DNA of 64,000 nucleotides from assembly GCA_040285745.1 (NCBI GenBank), contig JAUFOR010000008.1, positions 1,798,001-1,862,000 of the forward strand, written 5' to 3'. The notes under the pieces were generated by a model. The model was not told the DNA's origin. It worked only from the letters and a program-made list of their open reading frames with translations, and did no database searches. The translations under genes were made by a program, and so were the position numbers. The DNA comes from Barthelona sp. PCE (lineage: Eukaryota). Each line of letters starts with the position of its first letter. Position 1 is the first letter of the stretch. Shown here piece by piece: positions 62,001 through 64,000 of this stretch.

Positions 62001-64000
62001 TCAGTGGTAAAAACGTTAAGAAACAGGAAATGGTTGTCAGTCAAACGTTGATGGAGCTTGAAGAACAGTTGAGCTTCTTAGACAGTGGTTTTTCAGCTTA
62101 CATTACCACAATCTCCGCATTGGTGCCTCTTTTGCAGGAATATGTAATCAAAGATAACTCTTCAACATGTTTGATCATGTTGAAAACACTCCACCTAATC
62201 CTAGGCGGTAGAATTGAGGATGTAGATTCAACAAATTATAAGGAAGATGTTTCTTTCTTCCAGTATGCACTGGACTTTGAAGAGAGTGATACCGTAAAGA
62301 AATCTCCACTCATTATTAACTCAAACCAGTTTTTGTTTAACATGGACATGTTCAAGCATTTTGATGACACTGAATTGACGGAGATATTGAATCTGTCTTC
62401 ATCCCCCGCTGTAGGCATCTCTAAGGTGGCTGCTCTTCTTAGTAGCGCAACCCCAATCGCCGAATTTATCAAAAATTTCGGTGTAAGTGTCCACTTCTAC
62501 TACAATCATCGAAACGAGGCAGAGCGTCTGAATCACATGGGTGAAGAACGTAATTCTAGTTCAATTGATGAGACTTTGGAGCGAATCAAGGAATTAGAAA
62601 AGGAACGTGACGGTATCCGTCGTGTATTCGAGGGTTGTTTGTTCCAACAGCACAATGAGCATGTACAAATACGCCAGTATGAGACAATTATTAAACATAA
62701 CAAGAAACTTATTGCTGATATACATAATGTTGAAGAGAAGCTTCGTAATTCATCAATTCTGTTTAAATCCCCCAAGTACCTTTTCCTCGCAATCATGTAC
62801 AGTCTCACCATCATGGTCACAACGTCGTGTGTTAACTTACACAAAGCTAAGGATATGATATTCGAGATCCAAGCATTCTTTAAAGATCGATGTGGTGTTG
62901 ATTTCACAGATTTTGATCTGGAACGTTTCTGTTTGGAAACGGACTGTATGTTCCACAACCACAGCTTCATCAAGGCACCGCTGGAAGTACAAGAGTATTC
63001 TGTCGACGTCAAGGCTCGTCTCATGGGTGCTGCTGTTCTTTCAAAGTATGCACCAGTTGTTTTGGTTGTTGAGAACCGCAGTGCTTTTGATCAATTTGCA
63101 CGCACTTATGGATCGCTGAGTGTTGAGCGCAATCCTGATACTTTCGATGTAGGTGATCTCAGTACTCAACCCATACTTATAATGAACTTGAGGAGCGAGA
63201 AAGATTTCTATATCATTGATCGTATTCAAAGTATTATAAATAAGGCCAAGGAAGCAGAAGAAGGATTCATTGAATATCTTCAACACGATAAAGTATTCCG
63301 TATATACTCCACACAACGAGTTATATACATTATTCCCAATGGTAATTTTATTCTAAAGCTTCCAAAGTGGCTCAAGTTTTGGACATTCATATTTAAGGAA
63401 AACGAAGAACTGCTTTCTATTCGTTTGCAAACTGATTTGCTTCGATTTGAGAACGGCCCATTCTTACAACAGCTATTGGCCGTTTCACAAACAACTTGCG
63501 ATCGACAAACACGTGTTTACAGACTATATGATGACTATGTTGAATTTATTTCTAATAAGAGTATGGAAATTGAAAATTTCAGACTGATGGAATCTTCAGG
63601 TCGAAAATTCATGCGGGAATTCCTCAATAGAATTGAGCGAACGGAAAAACAATACGAAACAACAAAGAAATCATTGGATCGTATCAATATCTACTTTTTC
63701 CCTTATCATGAATTTTCTGTCAAGATTGCAAAGATGTACACTGTGTTCCAAAAAACAATTCGTCTTTTTGCAAGCTCTGATATCATTCCTTCAATTGATC
63801 TCGCCAGATGGATGAGCTACATTCTTCACATTTCAGAGCCTGGTCCTGTCGCTTCAGAGAGCCGTATCAATTCACTCATTACAGGATCAAAAACTTTCCT
63901 TGAATTCCTAGTTGATCTTCTACCCTCTGAAACTCTCATGTTTGCTGGTTTATTTGTTATCATTCGCTTCCTTGCGTACGAGCTTTGTGCTGAAAAGATG
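50069..64000 (+). CDS. Highly divergent dynein heavy chain, outer-arm gamma (DNAH5/DNAH8)-like, catalytic AAA1 degenerate; 3'-partial (at least 4644 aa)
   Basis: Starts at ATG 50069 after an in-frame TAA. No ORF in this frame appears in the track and translated samples are open to the last base, so no stop is inferred. DHC_N1 block 'EEWCEQI..ELKFWKER..FDQLK..VLVAARSSSIKHW..AKENVRAL'; 'SGPLVQGISVQESIQRF'; linker 'HWKKL..ARENEMEKNL' and 'YLQRVVKHVPRLSFL'; P-loops GEAQTGKTT (58280) and GNAGVGKT (59834); stalk coiled coils at about 61800-62750. Confidence 0.88.
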   Translation, partial: MQTSHLISEICAGKLAEHFNHSNSKNYVQSYFNLKEFRLAFNTLAAGPVGSCINIFVLDIPSYLRNNTVTMSTNDFGSRAPSALSFMSNELLEGPDTESEASGSEDEYPDKLGGIIEEGHVSEEDIKEGTSTFLTAVDETVAKAEMGERVPSKPKIDVSDTDSIKSDSMIPFTLTLEPHECPVFYVIKRSALFIESEPHKSLQFGFIDGNFYDFVRFSAEHVFNPMVTSVAKHQLSNINPTHMNQFKEAGTEFSQSIDEVEQTANTSFRLAQPAPTLEGSLKNAVTAAANDAVVDQCVELVEEWCEQIDAWLELDANIFEARARFRPMYIGAELKFWKERQMTCQVIFDQLKEKTSRSCISVLVAARSSSIKHWREYEQTLQDAMIIAKENVRALQPISRIISEMQDWKHFSKKRSYLERLWESVVSLGHSTRKYADRKQFHWILGSVFDAIIRNICDIIFKSPARSVRGLWECREVKITVSLMEQAYDYMLLIKNSFADLRKDVRSKVHIPERSIVPFTVFFDHFSRFQRVMTFAYIYSDVFKVLKLMFPNRIFSTVFDDFIKSRFDPLFGYDESAQEVFNSVENHVEEFEVELPDLLFKSFELVSKSVPVKMKYLLSFSSLVSRPALIECLRTLAIRCKQGFYTWMNSVENEISHLVHDVRNFSDKRTTVYAYNMHLQKLSNPFKSFTKLKECGMLLHEDFTKVADKYNILIDRLSEFVDDMLKTWIHTTSFHTSMLSQPLLMYDKAKRKLYINNERELLTFYKEFQGFFTLSSSEFVNLPKNREISLFLRNISTFSNYHSKMEELLKIRHIVTNSIPDQARDVFLPLLSHAEIALRKATKNLNWVSVSIDSYFENCFNLFNELNEKIINFNLRIAELYDIGRSLCRMVLLKAPSTSLKIDPTVTIDDWVDSQCNFHDSIEPRIHDVFKGFDKMYFSMLECYNPEFSGTEHANPETVKAYIKNFVVTVAKVSMLTCIDRNMRKIEKLFFGSDLEQSMNANFSNVSEFFPQFSVELILEIPRIIPNISALYLHHECVRVVKSMINVFRSLPKLTIAGVQEYCEQAAYQDDTFKHVDSNEQSIKSITEEIEFLDSTLNSRVQSPSLEDSMKIAEEFKRQELSKEMVNSGEFNTVGTNDENNNEENVEEEAGPLAGGLSIPSNAFVNNEVHLRSLNELSFMTNVLETVGPEQFESTVSMVSDFYIIILESDELLFHGLRFRHLLKVLDRVQDFIDDFVSKVSWIYVKDRDEFFKTSKMIRWSLFDFEVHFGELLEVERLISSWDDILHVNFTSFQFNLEVLKACLISELHSWSALYASVLRNRIYEKLYYLVVDCSSYLKKFEMDIETLNDFKDISIILDRLNTSEVERELSIVDIRQGYRLLGDYNYGIPLEATQVAEDIAADYRQAIRDHFIPLNEYFYQFCFKLVEQKAMKEQVDIEDSDLESFDDNRSQFSVALSHVSSSQRSLRSLKPNSSSFMKKKFFGSGTVHDDKNMAIQNAAALTIQRVWRGYVVRRNLSETAGFIIDISSEEEEEVVLPNQEGVTPAAAAMHLPLEEMASLTELNVNVENIEHSFDDIFEDFNHLPLFPGCTIDVVSEALLLSTVIQLVGWTKKREIKVKKTLTNHSDQHLAALLAISRTVKVDSVKLKSALDSSGPLVQGISVQESIQRFKDFAKTLKTIKKQVDEYQSSAKFFNLSKLDLPELDQLEVDNKVFVTIFSLHQQIDGLDERFRRSLVSGIDLYSFNHSFERLRTAFNKLDLGFYRDVAVVNRITNSLRVSGQIIPIIQIINDAELNVIHWKKLLELLWKLAEKPNNSESYNLSALCVEELVYLEVWNFRDFVERFLLATARENEMEKNLSDILENNRAKCFFFFKNCYNTEFFNSDRLEKEISGFKTDAILLQDFDVTNNKIIQMENNDSSKVLPSLKMRVNLWCKIFTTVSTLIEDLLSIQKRVISFSELWHGIMHETATSEEYSITSKVMQYWNQLISLSYKRQKLMLDFLIDVHSLSFQLSNATEVVFPQLRDILVDAEKMVAVYLQRVVKHVPRLSFLPPDLRQRFLCDIPRYLDERFLHRDVLSLLFPSVIGLIFSDKEEEDEGIVTGLIGNNGETINLPMKIVLMPDLDLEELSPSIKHFMLLKLNQTLNQFTQAIELYVKSSIFNLLQNFETDSDNSLINVDDISGSSSQTVIIATCIVVWKHTISCFNTNGDSVKFNKQQLGRIITKLNHDIALCCVHFHEFHAGANSQVRNLKSADELIRKQLGSVLYFWRTSLIQVVKGKMNADEFFKHHLRFRMIYYDKMDKERYYGNFEDCPSGIVSNYKIQYNLSASEEDWTDYGYNYVSVINEFPLCRENKKTVDNTLRLFKLPTCPLFNSWMGSNPLVSNIELLTGHKFFKLNCVLDPDVIIIERALRAAVTQGYWIWLANVHHLNVDTLRSLSVDIRSSLKMKGKEVLFDKVLHKVSEKFCVVFSAHGRLGPKFSAIRPVVTPIAIRRLDLSVRLPLTLFFSGFIFAFDIAKRILEFRRIYEALFHRRISQPELNVVTSVCIYQLMVNAPSVPKLFHLLSTVENITISNEEIRNNLFRHELTAIAASFRHTLFRHTPPSRDFTNDFRVLQPKTPEPKEEEVAQRRKPKPTQKNRKKNQRVEKKRGFSVEVFEGEHSILDLAICNSFQMSEIKDLLTIPHPFFLESEDSNNVFSENLQKVCKKSDLPAPSDSFIEVCGNIYRDLVSYKVLVVGGEAQTGKTTITRCAINTARELGEDWLYDYIPADPKSFSSILKCLERANHTDKPILCHLNTFSSRTNMDLVNFAHLVRLGDPSAFLSNGNALSIPPNFHLLIECLDVKGWQRLELFCITIPNHALDWRKLVDHFIDKIRIEEKTALDNLAMEGIYPESSVEMLEENYNQWVQTRKAPNSFATNTAYLMASGVDPSEDVEPESVEPTSAHTDESDDDGINVSTAESLERHPPSGHPSGIPRGHPGGHPSGIPMGVPLDMPIGHPGHITIGNTPIALRSPSGSRPSSGISLSRKNSAASFMSTVDDKDGKCESSADVLHWLINKFFEPLYVHIFSDLSDGDVNSNNPPSIRVTCRALLSILAGVFHCIHTNTCPLSYPLNSTHIRRLFFFALQWAVGSSTATSDRIKIFCYMVDVLKIPGSPNFYPMTEGYKGRVSMSVVRRDPYFFSFDVMSGEWSPPFRLFESRRLTDVYKLGVRMKERMLEFSEVSFPRLVRNEYVTQFLYLGAISSVGVGALPVTFLGNAGVGKTAMLNGLFDKDRTSIFMSSMHSIDLSSFTSNSQLKSHLLEYCSFVKPGEYEVSKPDLRFGSHLVKLDRANFSRVQAVLYELAQNKSMILDEDLSTITVNNFLWMCSFDSSKLFNPRTKAMFFSIQLDYINQNAFEHLAFEWLNTHFTLSRGFSSDICETLPKQISYCFSVAANIFMGLSKTRVGFTLSFDAFVQVIRGLLSYPVHKNSNINEILRIYYSGFIVCISQFEDEHIEKITSYIKTFYAQNFNCTEEFIDSLDKNIVMPLGFYGKDGKWEMKMVTVDEIFEVVKKEIRVFTYSNDWRIKLDVFRIAFLLQSRHSSLIVCLLDRKYCNSELENVIPGLVHDILMCLLKHFGFNHIEFHRRLNYRELSKLGKKKPTYCIVDASILRTNFRTISKLINSIDYKDTDIKLIFHMSMEDSQLMPLYRSDSRFASKSLFTKLNLPTLTDYYPNCIDCIHETIDKDAMFLRCYEQFKETMPELQFNSLETWLRYFVEFAVFSFGQDMFPIVHLDEVASKFRAKQLPMQNFLVNDVLPEFESWNRALNVLQTNSNEIRTAFNMNDPPQKKGKQKQAVDPFTEQYPLFVNYVDELVDKQVAFDLINDVFPKRIPEDRTAFQNFLSLDQIDIFMNGLQIEFLHVLKKHNMYIGFLEDTQSIVTSLESFIEDIELLREGSNDFINELESQSKNEMSRLTDVSTKLATCHNKVDEYNEEQHLSGKNVKKQEMVVSQTLMELEEQLSFLDSGFSAYITTISALVPLLQEYVIKDNSSTCLIMLKTLHLILGGRIEDVDSTNYKEDVSFFQYALDFEESDTVKKSPLIINSNQFLFNMDMFKHFDDTELTEILNLSSSPAVGISKVAALLSSATPIAEFIKNFGVSVHFYYNHRNEAERLNHMGEERNSSSIDETLERIKELEKERDGIRRVFEGCLFQQHNEHVQIRQYETIIKHNKKLIADIHNVEEKLRNSSILFKSPKYLFLAIMYSLTIMVTTSCVNLHKAKDMIFEIQAFFKDRCGVDFTDFDLERFCLETDCMFHNHSFIKAPLEVQEYSVDVKARLMGAAVLSKYAPVVLVVENRSAFDQFARTYGSLSVERNPDTFDVGDLSTQPILIMNLRSEKDFYIIDRIQSIINKAKEAEEGFIEYLQHDKVFRIYSTQRVIYIIPNGNFILKLPKWLKFWTFIFKENEELLSIRLQTDLLRFENGPFLQQLLAVSQTTCDRQTRVYRLYDDYVEFISNKSMEIENFRLMESSGRKFMREFLNRIERTEKQYETTKKSLDRINIYFFPYHEFSVKIAKMYTVFQKTIRLFASSDIIPSIDLARWMSYILHISEPGPVASESRINSLITGSKTFLEFLVDLLPSETLMFAGLFVIIRFLAYELCAEKM
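54563..54613 (+). other. IQ calmodulin/EF-hand light-chain-binding motif inside the dynein-like ORF
   Basis: Translates AAALTIQRVWRGYVVRR, matching IQxxxRGxxxR. Confidence 0.85.
58961..59070 (+). repeat. 12-bp/tetrapeptide G-[H/I/V]-P-x repeat inside the dynein-like ORF
   Basis: HPPSGHPSGIPRGHPGGHPSGIPMGVPLDMPIGHPGH; the DNA shows imperfect 12-nt periodicity (agtgggcatccc agtggcatccca). Confidence 0.8.

Noticed and set aside
50254-63815. Scattered short ORFs suggesting a non-coding or pseudogene region
   Set aside because: None is in frame +2; they are shadows of the single dynein-like ORF that runs off the window end.
1-64000. Alternative genetic code, CRISPR array, tRNA/rRNA, transposon or prokaryotic origin
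   Set aside because: All three stops end conserved genes at expected C-termini; no repeat-spacer array, RNA gene or transposase/RT motif was seen; gene content is clearly eukaryotic.

Overview
Gene-dense, almost intron-free eukaryotic DNA from a flagellated protist with a compact genome (metamonad-like style; taxon is inference only). It uses the standard code: TAA, TAG and TGA all end long ORFs. There are about 24 protein genes with intergenic gaps mostly 30-300 bp. In order: TMEM185-like protein, uridine phosphorylase, Scc2/NIPBL-like protein, metallophosphoesterase, midasin, TFIIA-gamma, SHIPPO-like repeat protein, MAD2, Cramped/TKI1-like protein, PHAF1, a cNMP-binding protein, SelM/Sep15-like protein, ABCB half-transporter, mevalonate kinase, COMMD, PCF11, INCENP-like protein, an AT-rich block of surface/unknown proteins (35.6-47.3 kb) and a compact IFT88. 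The main result is missing from the ORF track because it has no stop inside the window: a + strand ORF from 50069 to beyond 64000 (at least 4644 codons). It encodes an outer-arm gamma (DNAH5/8)-like dynein heavy chain whose AAA1 Walker A/B and AAA4 P-loop are erased, while the AAA2/AAA3 P-loops survive. It also has an inserted IQ motif and other insertions, and lies head-to-head with IFT88, making it a candidate motor-dead 'pseudo-dynein'. No tRNA, rRNA, CRISPR array or mobile element was recognised. All family calls come from recalled motifs read by eye, not from database searches.
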